Assembly: GCF_009914755.1 (NCBI RefSeq)
Contig: NC_060936.1
Length of the DNA: 64,000 nt
Source: the human T2T-CHM13v2.0 reference genome, Homo sapiens
Direction: 5' to 3' (one strand)
Shown: one piece after another, positions 41,426-53,650 of the stretch
Numbering within the stretch: position 1 is the first letter of the stretch
Layout of the letters: each line of letters starts with the position of its first letter
Program-made: the position numbers and the translations under genes
The notes under the pieces: model-generated
Told to the model about the DNA's origin: nothing
The model's input: the letters and a program-made list of their open reading frames with translations, nothing else
The model's database searches: none

Positions 41426-42454
41426 AGAATGGGCTAGAGTGATAACAAAATAATTACAGGAAAAATGAGAGTTAGAGGAAACAGGTAAACAACAGCGTGA
41501 ATAGAATACAATGACAGAATTTTACAGGGTTTTATCAGAATTTGAGGATGAGAATGCGAAAGAGAATAGTTGTGAATAAGACGAGAAAGGTTAGATCATG
41601 AAGCCTCTTGAATTTGTCAGGCTAGAAAATGTGAACTTCATGAAGATTTGAATCCAGAGGGGAACAGATATAAACCAAAGAATCCCATAGATATATAATT
41701 TCAAATTTTGAAAAGCTCTGTAAAGAAAATGTCCCATATGCTGTGATAATAATTAGCAAAGGGTCCTGATCTAGCAGGGGTCACCTGAGTAAGTGACATT
41801 TGAGGTGAGACTTGAAGGTTGAGTAGGAGTTACCAAGTGGAAGTGTAAAGAGTTGTATATGATCTGGCTAGAGAGGAAGGTCAAAATCAGGTCTTGTGGA
41901 GCCTTTCACACTGTTATTGACATTTTGGTCTTTATCCTAGAGTAATGGAAGGACATTGAAGAAGTTTAAGCCAGGTAGACTTGGGGAAAGGATAAGAGAA
42001 AGAGGGAGATAGAGAGAGAGCCACACAGAGAGACAGAGAGAGGAGACAGAAATAATTTATCTTTTAAAAAAAAAGTGTCTGGAGAATAGATTAAAAGAGC
42101 ACCAGAATAGACCCAGGGAGATGACTCTACTTAGGAGATTATGTTAATGGTGCAAGGGGGTAGACTACAGTAACTTGATCTATGGATGGCAGAGGAGCTT
42201 GAGATAACTGGACAGATTCAAGATAATTTATGGAGATGAGGTTGACTGGAATTGGCTATGGAGTGTAGAGGAGAGTGGAATGTTTCTAGCTTCCACAACT
42301 AGATGAATGGTGTTGCTCAGAAAGAACAATGAAGTATGGGCATGTTTGGAAAGTTTGGAGATGAGGGGAAGGTTTAAGTGGGGAAGGTTGAATGGCTTGC
42401 TATATACATGTGGGTCTTAAGCTCAGAGGAGAAGTCTGTGTGAGTGAAAATGAC

Positions 42455-43792
42455 ATTTCCCACACATCAATGGTAAAATGATTTGTGATAAGAGTGCCAA
42501 GACCATCAAGTGGGGGAAACAGCAGTCTCTTTAACACATGGTGTTGGGACAGGTGGATATTAACATGCAAATAGATGTAGCTGGACCCTTACCTCACATC
42601 ATATACAAAAATGAACTCAAAATGAGAATTCAAAAGACCTAAATTTAGAACCTGTAACTTTAAAACTTGTGGAAGAAAACAGAGGGGCAAATCTTCATGA
42701 CCTTGGATTTGGCAATGGTTTCTTATATATGACACAAAATACACAAGTAACAACAACAAAAACAAAAATGATAATTTGAACTTTGTCAAAGTTAAAATCA
42801 TGTATATCAAAAGACACTATCAAGAGAGTGAAAAGGTAGTCCATAGAAAGGGAGAAAATATTTGCAAATAATACATCTAATAAGGGTCTAGTATCTAGAA
42901 TTTATAAAGAACTCTTACAGCTCAGCAACAAAAAGTCAACCTAATTTAAAAATGGGCAAAAGATTGAAAAAGACATTTTTTCCAAAGAAGATATACAAAT
43001 GGCTAACAAACATATGAAAAGATGCTCAACATTATTAGTCATTAAGGCAGGGCAGATCAAAACCACAAGACACCAGTTCACATCACTGAAATGGCCACAA
43101 TTTAAAAAGCAGAAAATAACAAGTGTTGGCAAGGATGTGAAGAATTGGAACCCTCATATATTGCCTGTAGGAATGTACAATGGTGCAGCCACTGTAGAGA
43201 ACAATTTGGCAGTTCCTCAGTATGTTAAACACAGAAATGCTATTGTAACTGAGAAATTCTACTGCTAGGCATATACCCTGAATAATTCAAAACAGGTATT
43301 CAAGCAAAAACTTGTACACTAATATTCATAGCAGCATTATTCACAATAGTTTAAAGGTAAAAGCAACCCAAATGTCCATCAACAGATGAATGAATGAACA
43401 AAATGATATATCTATACGATGGAATATTGTCCAGTCATACAAAGGATGAAGTGATGATACCTGCTGCAACATGATGAACCTTGAAAACATTCTACTAAGT
43501 GAAGAAGTAAGACACAAAAGGCTATATATTGTATTATTCCATTTACATTGCATTTAGAATACCCAGAATAGGCAATTCTACAGAGACAGAAAGCAGATTA
43601 GTGGTTAGCAAGGTGGGGGAATAGGGAGTGACTGCTGAAATGAATACAGGATTTCTATTTAGGATGATGACAAAATTTTGGAACTAGATATTGGTGATGG
43701 TCCCGCAACACTGTGAATGTACTCAATGCTGGTGAATAGTTCACTTTCAAATGGTAAATTTTGTGTGTATTTTACTGTAATTTAAAAAATAC
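42455..43792 (+). mobile_element. L1MB-type 3' fragment (ORF2 end and 3'UTR)
   Basis: ORF2 C-terminal remnant [16 protein letters not shown]. 3'UTR gagacagaaagcagattagtggtt...ggaactagatattggtgatgg. Confidence 0.88.
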
Positions 43793-44044
43793 ATAATGAG
43801 ATTCAGTGGCATCTAGATGTTGATGAAGGCCTTGTAATGAGGTCACCTAGGGCGACAGAATAGAATAAGAAGAGGAGCTATGACCAGGGTTTAAGGGATT
43901 CTAACAACTTAAGGACAGGTAGAGGAGAGTGCTTCAGTACTGGACATTGGAAAGGGGCAGCTGGAGAGGTAAGAGAGAAAACAGGAAAATGTGGAGGTCA
44001 TGGGCAGCTACTGGACGTTTTGAAACAAAGTGGTGGGATCAAGA

Positions 44045-44180
44045 CTTTTTCTTAGAAAAATCAATGTAGCAATTATGTGCAAGGAAGATTGGAGGAAAAA
44101 CTTTTCCTTAGGAAAATCAATTTAGCAATCATGTGCAAGGAATATTGGAGGAAAAAATTATATGCAAGAAAGATTGGAAG
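44045..44180. repeat. 56-bp tandem duplication with a partial third copy
   Basis: 44045-44100 vs 44101-44156: ctttt(t/c)cttag(a/g)aaaatcaat(g/t)tagcaat(t/c)atgtgcaaggaa(g/t)attggaggaaaaa. Confidence 0.85.
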
Positions 44181-44530
44181 ATTGGAAAACTGGAGTATGG
44201 TGTGGCCCTTAAGGACTATTCCATGGAAATAGAGAGGTTGGATTGGAACAATGTCATGGAGGTAGAAAAATTGGCAGGGTGCTGAGGATGGTTAGAGAGA
44301 GAGGAGGTCTTAAAGCTGGATGGGCTCTTATAGCTTGGTGGTTTGGTCACTGGAAATTTCATGAACAGGAAGATAAGGATTCAATGTTTCTCAGACCAGT
44401 GTGTGGGCCATTTTGAGCTGGACAAATTATCAGGTTTGTAGCATTTCTTAGCTGTAGTAAGATACTAAATGCAAGAAATTTTTTCTTATATATAAATATA
44501 TATGGATAGATAAGATAGATATCTATCATA

Positions 44531-44582
44531 TGTGTGTGTGTGTCTGTATGTCTGTGTGTGTGTGTGTGTGTGTGCGTGTGTG
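44531..44582. repeat. Interrupted (TG)n microsatellite
   Basis: Read directly from the sequence. Confidence 0.95.
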
Positions 44583-45194
44583 CATTTCTCTTTCAAATTT
44601 CAAGAGTCTTTTCCAAATTTGGGGATTATGCCATACTTTATTAGTCAATGTTTTAAGTAAGTTACATAGACTTCTATCTGTACCTTTTTAGATTTTAATG
44701 CAAAAAATTATGTGATTATAGGGTTAGAAGGCAACTTACGGATCGTTGATCTAAACTTTTTTTTTTCTGCAACGATGGCAGACCCAGAAGGATCTTTTGT
44801 GCTAGTGGAGTCACCAACCCTGAGAGTCTTTTTCCTTCTTTAGTTTTTTTCCTCCCTGTGTCGGTTGTCCCATTGACAATTTATCCATGTTGTCAGACGG
44901 CAAAGGTATCAGAATGTAGCATTTATTTCATTTATTAATAAAGGACATACGAAATACACACTATGTACTAGCTACTGTTTTAGGTGCTGAATAACACATG
45001 AGTTATGACCCTAATGTTTAATTAATTTCCAGTACTCTTTTTGATATTACTTAGTGTGATAGTTTTCTTGGCTGCAGATACAAATAAAAAGTAAATAACA
45101 TTTTTTATACTTATAGTATGAGAACTCAGGAGGACTTAGAATAAATCCCACATGGACATGGAATATGGATTTCAAGGTTTAGTTAATGTCATAA

Positions 45195-45644
<450 letters not shown>

Positions 45645-46009
45645 TGAGACATTTGATTCCTTTTGCTTTTGTCCTGAACTTAAGAATTTTCACTTTGTTC
45701 TGGTATTTATCAAGCTGATGTTTGGCTTGATGTATGTCAGTTGGTATGCAAGCACAATTTGACTTTCAATATGATTTTGGTATAAAGGGTGCCTTCATCT
45801 TGTGGTTCACAATGATGTCATTAGCTAACTCAGGTTTCATCCTATTTAGAAATTAGAAGCTTATTTATTAGATCAATTCATTCAATTTATAATGTGGCTA
45901 GAAGTTCACAGTCTTATCTGAAGTCTGTGCAGCTTCAGATTTATAATTTTTGGGAATTTATTAAAGATAAGAGTTTATATATCTTGTACAGCATGACAAT
46001 TTTTAAACA

Positions 46010-46302
46010 TTTTTTTTTTTGAAACAGGATCTCTCTGTGTGGCCCAGGCTGGAGTCCCGAGGTCTGAACACAGCTCACAGCAGCCTCGACCTTTTGGGTT
46101 GAAGTAATGCTCCCACCTCAGCCTCCCAAGTAGCTGGGTTCAAAGACATGTGCTGCTATGCCCGGCTAATTTCTTAATTTTTTGCAGAAACAGGGTCTCA
46201 CCATTTTGCTAAGGCTGGTCTCGAACTCCTGGGCTCAGGCAATCCTCCCGCCTCAGCCTCCCAAAGTGCAGGGATTCCAGATGTGAACCACCGTTCTCAG
46301 CC
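46010..46302 (-). mobile_element. AluJ-type element
   Basis: Diverged dimer with J-type features. TSD-like cagcatgacaatttt (45989) / caccatgacactttt (46305). Confidence 0.9.
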
Positions 46303-46624
46303 AGCACCATGACACTTTTGATAGGATCCGTGCAGCAGCCTGTAATCAGAAACATTAACTGTTCAGCAACAAAACATAGGAATAGTGACATTAAGTGGGA
46401 TAAAGATTCCTCATATTTATACTTGTCATGTCTGTTTTGTCATCAAATGAGTTGCAAGAAAATTTTTGGTTTTCAGAAGAGTATGGATTTTGGAATCTCG
46501 GATAAGGACGGGTTTACTGGCTTGTGAACAAGGTGAACAAGACGTAGTGTCTGCTCTAAAAGTTCACCTATTGATTCATATTGTGTCAATTTGGCCTTTT
46601 TTAATTTGTTGTAAACTAGCTCAA

Positions 46625-47215
46625 ATGTGTTGTAAACTAGCTCAGATTTAAATTTTTAAAAAGTGGATGTGACTAACTGTCTCAATAATTTAAAAGTCTA
46701 GTAGACAGATTTTGGACACGGTTGTATTTAGGGCTCTAATGATGCCTTTGGCTGGGGTTTTCTTAGTCTTTCACATACCTTTTGTTCCCAGAGTTTCAGT
46801 CTGTTTGTCGAATGGCCTCTGTATGCTTTAGATCACCCCTTGTGATGGCAAAGATGGCTAAAGCGGCTCATTTTGCATTTCAATTTTTTTTCTTTTTTTT
46901 TTTAGGCTAGTCAAGTGAAGCAGTGGGAGAGGAGAAGAAACAAGGCAATCTGTAACTGGTTGTGATTAATTAGTTGTAAACACCTCTGCACTGGGACCTG
47001 CCTCAATTTAATTCTTGTTTGAACATTCCCAGCAAAAATCTTGTGGCATTTTATTGGCTGTGTTTGGGTCACATGCCCACCTTTGAACCAGTCACTGAGG
47101 TCAGGGGTATGTGATGTCCTGATTGGGTTAGGCTTGGGCCACCTGATTCATCCTGGGACCAGGCAGGCCAAGCAGGTGAACTGAGCAGGTGGAGCTTTCT
47201 CAGACAAACCAGAAG
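46625..47215 (-). mobile_element. Old MLT1 (J/K-like) LTR, interrupted by the Y RNA pseudogene
   Basis: tttgggtcacatgcccacctttgaaccagtcactg..ggtcagggg..tgattgg motifs. Confidence 0.6.
46904..47002 (-). pseudogene. Retroposed hY3 (RNY3) Y RNA pseudogene with poly(A) tail (46887-46903) and TSD
   Basis: The reverse complement GGCAGGTCCCAGTGCAGAGGTGTTTACAACTAATTAATCACAACCAGTTACAGATT...CCCACTGCTTCACTTGACTAGCCT matches hY3 as I recall it, with about 8 substitutions in 99 nt. TSD tcaattt at 46880-46886 / 47003-47009. Confidence 0.92.
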
Positions 47216-47661
47216 CTGCCGCGAGAGGAAATGGGAAACACTGGGTGGCAAAAAACGGAAATTTTTTGATCCAGATTGACCCTGGATTTTCTTTGTAATT
47301 AAAATTCTTCTGGTGGAATACAATGGGGTTACATGCAATATATTTTAAGCTATTTCTAGCTTTCCAGCTTATTGTAGCAAACTATTTTTACTCTTTTATA
47401 TAACAAAATATGTAAGAGCCTGCGAGTCTAAAACCAAATTGAACCTAAACTGTACTCATCATCAAACCGTCATTCGTTAGGAACCCATCGTATCTTCAGC
47501 TACCACGTGGCACGCCTTAAGGTTTTGGGCAATAGCTTCAAAGATGCAATACTTAAAGCCCATGCCAGATTGTCTTTTTAGTGCAGAACTGATAACGCAA
47601 AGCCCTCTCTCTGGATGTGTTAGTATTATTTTACTTTTTTCATGGAGAAGCAATTGTGCAC

Positions 47662-47895
47662 GATGGTGAAACACACAGACTCTGGAGCTGGGCTGCCTTG
47701 GTGTGACTCTTGTTTCCACTGCTTATTTCGATGAGTTACTTACCCTCTCTATGCCTCAGCTTCCTCATGGGTAAAAATAATATAACAATAGCACATACCT
47801 CCTCAGTTTATTATGAAGAGAACATGAATTAATACACGTCAATTACCTAGGAGCCTGACACAGTAAATGTGCTGTAATTGTCAGCTATAATTATT
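47662..47895 (+). mobile_element. MIR SINE
   Basis: gactctggagctgggctgcctt...ctctctatgcctcagcttcctcatgggtaaaa...gcctgacacagtaa. Confidence 0.85.
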
Positions 47896-49206
47896 ATTCT
47901 TTACGATAACACTAACCCTAAAATTCCCCTTAGTAAAGTGAGAATTTCTACAGCATGAACATTAACATTTCTGTGTGTGGCTGCCCTGTGTATATTACTA
48001 CGGATAATACCATTTGTTTTATTGCCAAGTTAAAGTTTTAAAAAATAAACTAACCATATTTTTTTGAAAAGGCCTTTATTTAGGCACAAGAGATTCCTGT
48101 CAGCCTTACAAACTTAGAAAGTGGAAATCCTTCTCAAACTGATGGAAAATTAGTCCAATTTCAAATCGCAAACCAGACTCCTGTTTTTGTTGCTATTCTT
48201 TTCCTAAAAGACAAAACCTAATGTTTTCTTAGTGTATATAAAACAAATTTTTAAATCCACATATAGTACAGTGTTTCCCACCCACCCCTGTCCGTGGTAT
48301 GAATATCACAAATTCTCTAAATTTCCTGAACATGAGATAAATGTCAGACCATTCTATAAATTGACTTTATGAAGCATTTCTGAGCCGAGCCTTCTGACAT
48401 TCACACCAATGTTTCCATAGTAACTAATGTGTTCAGAAGGGGAAGAGCAGGAGGAGACGAAAAACAAAGGAGACAATCCAAATAACAGAAATGCATAAGT
48501 AAGGGAGAGTAGAAGGTTCGAGAAACTTTGAACCATTGCTTCTTGTGGGAGAAAAGCATTCTTGTTCACGTGGGAGGCTTCCCCTGCAGACTGACTGACT
48601 CAGGGGGTGCTTACTGAAACAGCTCCCAAAGCGTGGCCAGCTGGAATACACTTGGACAATGACTCATGAATGCCAATTTGGACTGTCCTTTCCTCCTTTT
48701 ATTGTAATCTTATTTTTTTCCCTCTGTTTTGAGGTGCCTTTGTTACTATGGTAACAGTGAACTAATTTGTGCCTGTTGCTGAACTGTCAAAAAAAAAAAA
48801 AAAGCAGTATCAAGTCAATTTAGAGAATAGTTAGAAAGCAGGGTAGGGAAACATAGGTGCTAGCAATGATCACACTTGTTTGCAAACATTGGAGTGAAGA
48901 AAGCTAGAGTGCTGTTAAAATATGGTTCTGTTTTCAAATCTTATTAAATGGTGCCCTACCAGGTGCGTTGAGAATGAGGTTTCAGTGATCAGTTATTCCT
49001 TTGTGACGTCTGCAGCACAGCATCTTTTTCTCTTGAAAACTTCAACAAACCTACTTCTTTGAAAATGTGTTGAATCCCCCACTTGCTTGTTTGTAGGGGG
49101 TAGATCAGGTAAATGGCTACAGGTGAGTTGTTTCTTTTTTTTTTTTTTGGAATCAATTGGCGGTGAGTGTGGGAAGGCATCTGACTCAAAGAAGGAAATT
49201 GGCACT

Positions 49207-49675
49207 TGTGCTAAGCAAAACAATGAGTCCCCGCAATGTCCATATCCCAGTCCCTGAAACCTGTGACTGTTACCTTACAGCAAAAGGGACTTGGCCAACG
49301 TGATTAAGTTAAGGATCTGGAGATAGAATATCCTAGATTATCTTTGTGAGCCCAATGTAATCACAAGGGTCCTTGCAAGAAGGAGGCAGGAATGTCAAAG
49401 TCAGAGAAGGGGATGTGATGAAGGAAGCAGAGGTCCCAGCGATGTGGGGCCGAGAGCCAAGTAGTGCAAACAGCCTTTAAATGCTGAAAGAGGCAAGGAA
49501 ACAGATCCTTCCATGGAGCTTACAGAAAGAATGCAGCCCGGCTGATGCCTTGATGTTAGCCCAGCGAAACTGGCTTCTGACTTTGCTCTTCAGAACTGTA
49601 AGATAACAAATCTATGTTGTTTCAAGACACTGAATTTGGGGCAATTTATTACAGTGGTAGTAGGAAAAGAATATA
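49207..49675 (+). mobile_element. MLT1D-like solo LTR
   Basis: TG start, caaaagggacttggccaacgtgattaagttaaggatct, cccaatgtaatcacaagggtcctt and cagaactgtaagataacaaat. Confidence 0.85.
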
Positions 49676-50199
49676 GTATCCTTAGCCAGCTCTGGTCCCA
49701 CCAGGTTTTCAAAGGCCGCCTGATTTGATGCCTTCTTACACAGCAGAGGTAAACGGAGCCATCCCCCGACTGCTGGCTGAGCACTTCTGGCCGGCTGTGT
49801 GTCTCTGAGAGTCTCCTGGGTAGGTCTTTCTTTGTGTGATACTTCAAGGACTTTAGGTCTGATCACCATACAGGTTCTGGCCATGGCAAGGCAAGCTGCT
49901 GAGGCAGAGGAGGCCTCCACAGTCCTGGCTTGAACACCTGGTGAGGCCTAGCACATCCAGGTCCTGGGTGAAAAGTCCTTCCTGAGAAAGAAAACTCTTG
50001 GCACTCACAATCCATCTCTCTGTGAAAGTTAAGCTGTTCACCGGGTAAACTGCCGTGTCTTTCCAACTAGATCATACATGTCTTAAGGTCCTAATTCATG
50101 CTTTCCAGCACTGTGTTGAGCACCCAGTAGATGCAATGAGAAACAGCAGCTCCTCCTTCTCTAAGCTGCTTCCTTAGTGGATTTTAATTTTTCCCAATG

Positions 50200-50395
50200 A
50201 TTTCACTCTTACCATACAGGTGCTGTGTTAAGCATGGTGTATTGCATCACCCAAAGCTGACAACAACCTTGGGGGAAATCTTTTTCTCATTTTGCAGATG
50301 CAGAAATGAAGATTCAGAAATTACGCCTCAAAGGTTACATGGTGAATAAGTGGCAGAGCTGGGCTCTGAGCCCAGGCATGGCTTCCTGAGCCCTC
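50200..50395 (-). mobile_element. MIR SINE
   Basis: ctcattttgcagatgcagaaatgaagattcaga...aaggttacatgg..aagtggcagagctggg. Confidence 0.75.
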
Positions 50396-50787
50396 CACTT
50401 TTCGTTGTTGCTGTGCTTTGGAGTCAGAGGCACCGTGGGGTGGAGATCAGTGGCCTTTTTTCCCTCTGGTCCCCAGTAAATGCCTTTTTCCTCTGAGCTC
50501 CAGCATTGGCTCTTACTCCCAGTCAAGCACAGGCCTGGAGGAGGGGAACGAGAGGCTAGAGGGTGCCAAGGGGGCTCGAGACCAGGTAGAAAGCAGGGGT
50601 ACTTTAGGTCCTGTGGGCAGCCTGGCTTTCAGACATTTGTTATTTTAGGTAGAAATCTGACATCTGTAAATTAGCACATCCCTAGAACTTTCTATTTTCT
50701 TGGTTTATTTTTCTCTATTTTCTTCTGTGGTAGGGAGAATTCCAAGAGGACTTGCAAGATTCCCAGCCCCTGGTGTGCCTGTCCTGT

Positions 50788-51152
50788 TGCTATGGACTGA
50801 ATATTTGTGACCCCCAAATTCATATATTGAAGCCCCAATATGCAATATGATGGTGTTAGAAGGCAGAGTCATTGGGAGGCAATTAGTTCACGAGGGTGAA
50901 GCCCTCATGATGGGACTAGGGCCCTTATAAGAAGAGAACGGAGAGAGAGAATCTCTCCCTCTGTCATGTGAGGATACAGTGACAAGAGGTCCCTCTGCAA
51001 AGCGGGAAGAAGGCCCTCAATAAAAACCCAACTGGATGGCCCTTAGGGAACCTCGATCCTGGACCTCCCATCCTCCAGAACTGTGAGAAAGAAATGTTTC
51101 TTTTGCCCCCGATGAATGACACTTGTTATAGCAGTCTGAAATGACTAAGCCA
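50788..51152 (+). mobile_element. MLT1A0-like solo LTR (nested)
   Basis: TGCTATGGACTGAAT...GACTAAGCCA with a 5-bp TSD cctgt/cctat. Confidence 0.85.
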
Positions 51153-51287
51153 CCTATGTAATCCCCTCCCATATGAATATGATGGGATACCACTCCCATG
51201 CTTAGGTTCCTCATCAGTGGATTTTGGATTGAACTAATCAAAAAGGAGATGATCAAATAAGGTGAGTTTTAAAAGAGAGATTGGGAG

Positions 51288-51472
51288 AGCATGAGGGAAA
51301 AGAGCTCATGCATGCTGGGCTTTATATCTAGGTGACGGGTTGATAGGTGCAGCAAACCACCATGGCACAAGTTTAACCATGTAAAAAACCTGCACATCCT
51401 GCACATGTACCCTGGAACATAAAAAATAAAATAAAATAAAACATTAAAAGCAAAAAAAAAAAAAAAAAAGAG
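51288..51472 (+). mobile_element. 5'-truncated L1PA (L1PA8-11-like) 3' end (nested)
   Basis: ggtgcagcaaaccaccatggcac..cctgcacatcctgcacatgtaccc plus an A tail. TSD agagagattgggag at 51274-51287 / 51473-51486. Confidence 0.9.
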
Positions 51473-52974
51473 AGAGAGATTGGGAGTGTGAGAGGGTCTA
51501 TAGAAGGGACCATATGGCAAGGACCAGAGTGGCCTCTTGGAGCTGAGAGTAATCCTTGGCCAACAGCTAGCAAGACAGTGAGACCTCAGCCATACAACCT
51601 CAAGGAGATAACTTCTGCTAATAACCTGAGGGACCATAGAAGTGCCCATTTACCTAGTGTAGCCTCCTGATGACTATGCAGCTAGCCAACACCTTTAGTG
51701 CAGCTTCGTGACACCTTGCAAAAAGAACCTGGTGCCCAGATACCTGATCCACAAACACTGTGTGATAGTTAATATGTGGTATTTTAAACTGAATTTGTGG
51801 TAATTTGCTACATAGCAATGGAAGACGAATACGTCTTTATAAAATTTATTTTAAAGAAGAAATCAGTCTCAGCTGGGCTAGATAGAAAAAGGAGACAGAC
51901 TCTGTCTTTCTTCAGACGCGGTTTGAGAAGTTAATACCTTAAAACACTTAATAGTGAGTTGAAAGGAACATTCCCATTTGTCCAGGGTCTGTTTTTACAA
52001 AGATACGACTCCCTTCAGTAGTTTAAGTTGTCATCTCTGATCAGTTCCTTTGAGGGAGAATTCCAAGGGAAAGCTTTTTGGTTTCCTGAAACCATTGGAA
52101 ACCCGTAAACATACCTAAAAAGTGGGAAGGGGGAAGCTAACACCGAGAATGTCATTGAAAGCTTTTAATGAGGAAGATCTGTGCTGGAGATTGGCCCCTG
52201 AGCAGGTCCGCATCTCTCTTAGCTGAAAGACGTTTCATTTTTCTTGGGAAAGTGGCCAGTCTTTCAAAGATGCAAGGCCCCTTCCAGAAGGAAAGTTACC
52301 TTGAAGGTTCCACTCCAGCCCCAGTGCTATTTGCTTTATAGGTGGCAAGGTTTTGTCCCTTCCATTACTTCCACCCTCCTCTAGGGATTCAAGGTACGCG
52401 CTTATTCAACCACATCATTCATTCATCAAACTCTCATTGAGCTATTAACGTAAAGCAGGCTGTGCTCAGCTCTAGGGGACCAGGAATGAACTAAACCCCT
52501 GTATTGCAGAAGGAGGAAGCACTTGATGTCGACACTAGCACGTCATAATAATTAATAAGCACCAACATTTTCCGAGGGCTGAGCGTGTCCTAGGAGGTGG
52601 GCTAAGAGGACCCACATGCCAAGCCCTGTTTATGCTACCCCAGGTGAATCCCATTCAAATGTACTTTCCAAAAGGGCAGAAGCTGGGTCTAATTTGATTG
52701 CTAAGGGACCCCTTGTGTCTCCACTATGCTTGGGACACGGTGAAGACCTCAAAGTGTATTTCTTGCCAATGAATGAATGAATGAATATACGATCATAACT
52801 GATAACTGTGGCTTAGATATTAGTGTTATGACCATTTCCTTTGATGAGGAACCTGAGGCTTCAGACCAGTTAAATAATTCATCCTCGATAGCCAAAACCC
52901 AGATTCTCTCCCCCATCAGACCACACTGCCATCTCCCTGGCTCTACCGGGCACCCCACCTGGAACCTAAGCCCA

Positions 52975-53650
52975 CAGCAGCGCGGGCTGCGGGCGGCGAG
53001 GCTCGCCGCGGGCGCCCTCTGTCGGCGCTCGGTTGGAGGCGCAGCGGCCCCGCGAGCAGACGCGCAGGTGAGCGGACCCGCGCTGGGGTGCGGGGCAGGT
53101 GCGCGGCCCTGGGGGACAAGGAGGGGGAGAGGGGCGAGGGCTAACCACGTCGGCCCCAAACTAGCTGCCTGTCTTTAAATGTTTGCTTTCATATTTGGAA
53201 GTGCTGAGCGGGCACTTCAGTGCGACCTGGATATCACCTGTGGGTTTCAGGGCAGTCATCCTTGAGACCTCTTGTTCCTCGGGAGACCTCTTGGCCTCTT
53301 TAAGGAGCCAGGGGTCGGCGGCGCACTTAGGGGAGAAGGAGCAGGAGAACTTGAGTTAAGAATTGCCCCCCGGATTGGAACCAGAGGTAGCGGGAAGCCA
53401 GCAAGGGCGAGGCTCTTTCTAGGAACTCTAGGTCCACCGCTTGCCTTTGGGGAAGAGGGAGGAAGGGGCCTTGGGGCGTGAAGTTGCCTTTGGGACATCA
53501 GCCAGAGCCTGCGACGCAAGCGCGGCCCAAATGACTGGGAAGCCGGAACCTTCGCTCCTTCGTTCCGAACCTTCTTTGTTCCAGTCCCGCCTGGCAGCGC
53601 AGGCCGTGCACTCCCCGCGCTTCCGGGAACCTGTTTGCTTAAGATAATCG
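52975..53650. promoter_or_regulatory. CpG island / probable promoter
   Basis: Abrupt GC- and CpG-dense non-repeat block in an otherwise CpG-depleted window. Contains GGGCGG, ETS CCGGAA and a consensus donor CAG|GTGAGC. Confidence 0.75.
53012..53026 (-). promoter_or_regulatory. CTCF-like motif (reverse orientation)
   Basis: Minus strand GCCGACAGAGGGCGC, 12/14 to CCASYAGRKGGCRS. Confidence 0.5.

Larger units (their letters stand above)
41640..44300 (-). mobile_element. L2 fragments, split by the L1MB insertion
   Basis: aagtgacatttgaggtgagacttgaagg and tttatcctagagtaatggaagg motifs. L2 sequence resumes after 43795. Confidence 0.6.
50726..51832 (+). mobile_element. MLT1E-like LTR hosting two nested insertions
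   Basis: Starts tgtggtagggagaattccaaga and ends aatttgtggtaatttgctacatagcaatggaagacgaatac. Continuous across both inserts. Confidence 0.8.

Noticed and set aside
44045-44180. Short tandem duplications here and at 7870, 16114, 46607 and 55871 as a CRISPR-like array
   Set aside because: Two-copy local duplications without unique spacers or cas genes, in a mammalian genome.
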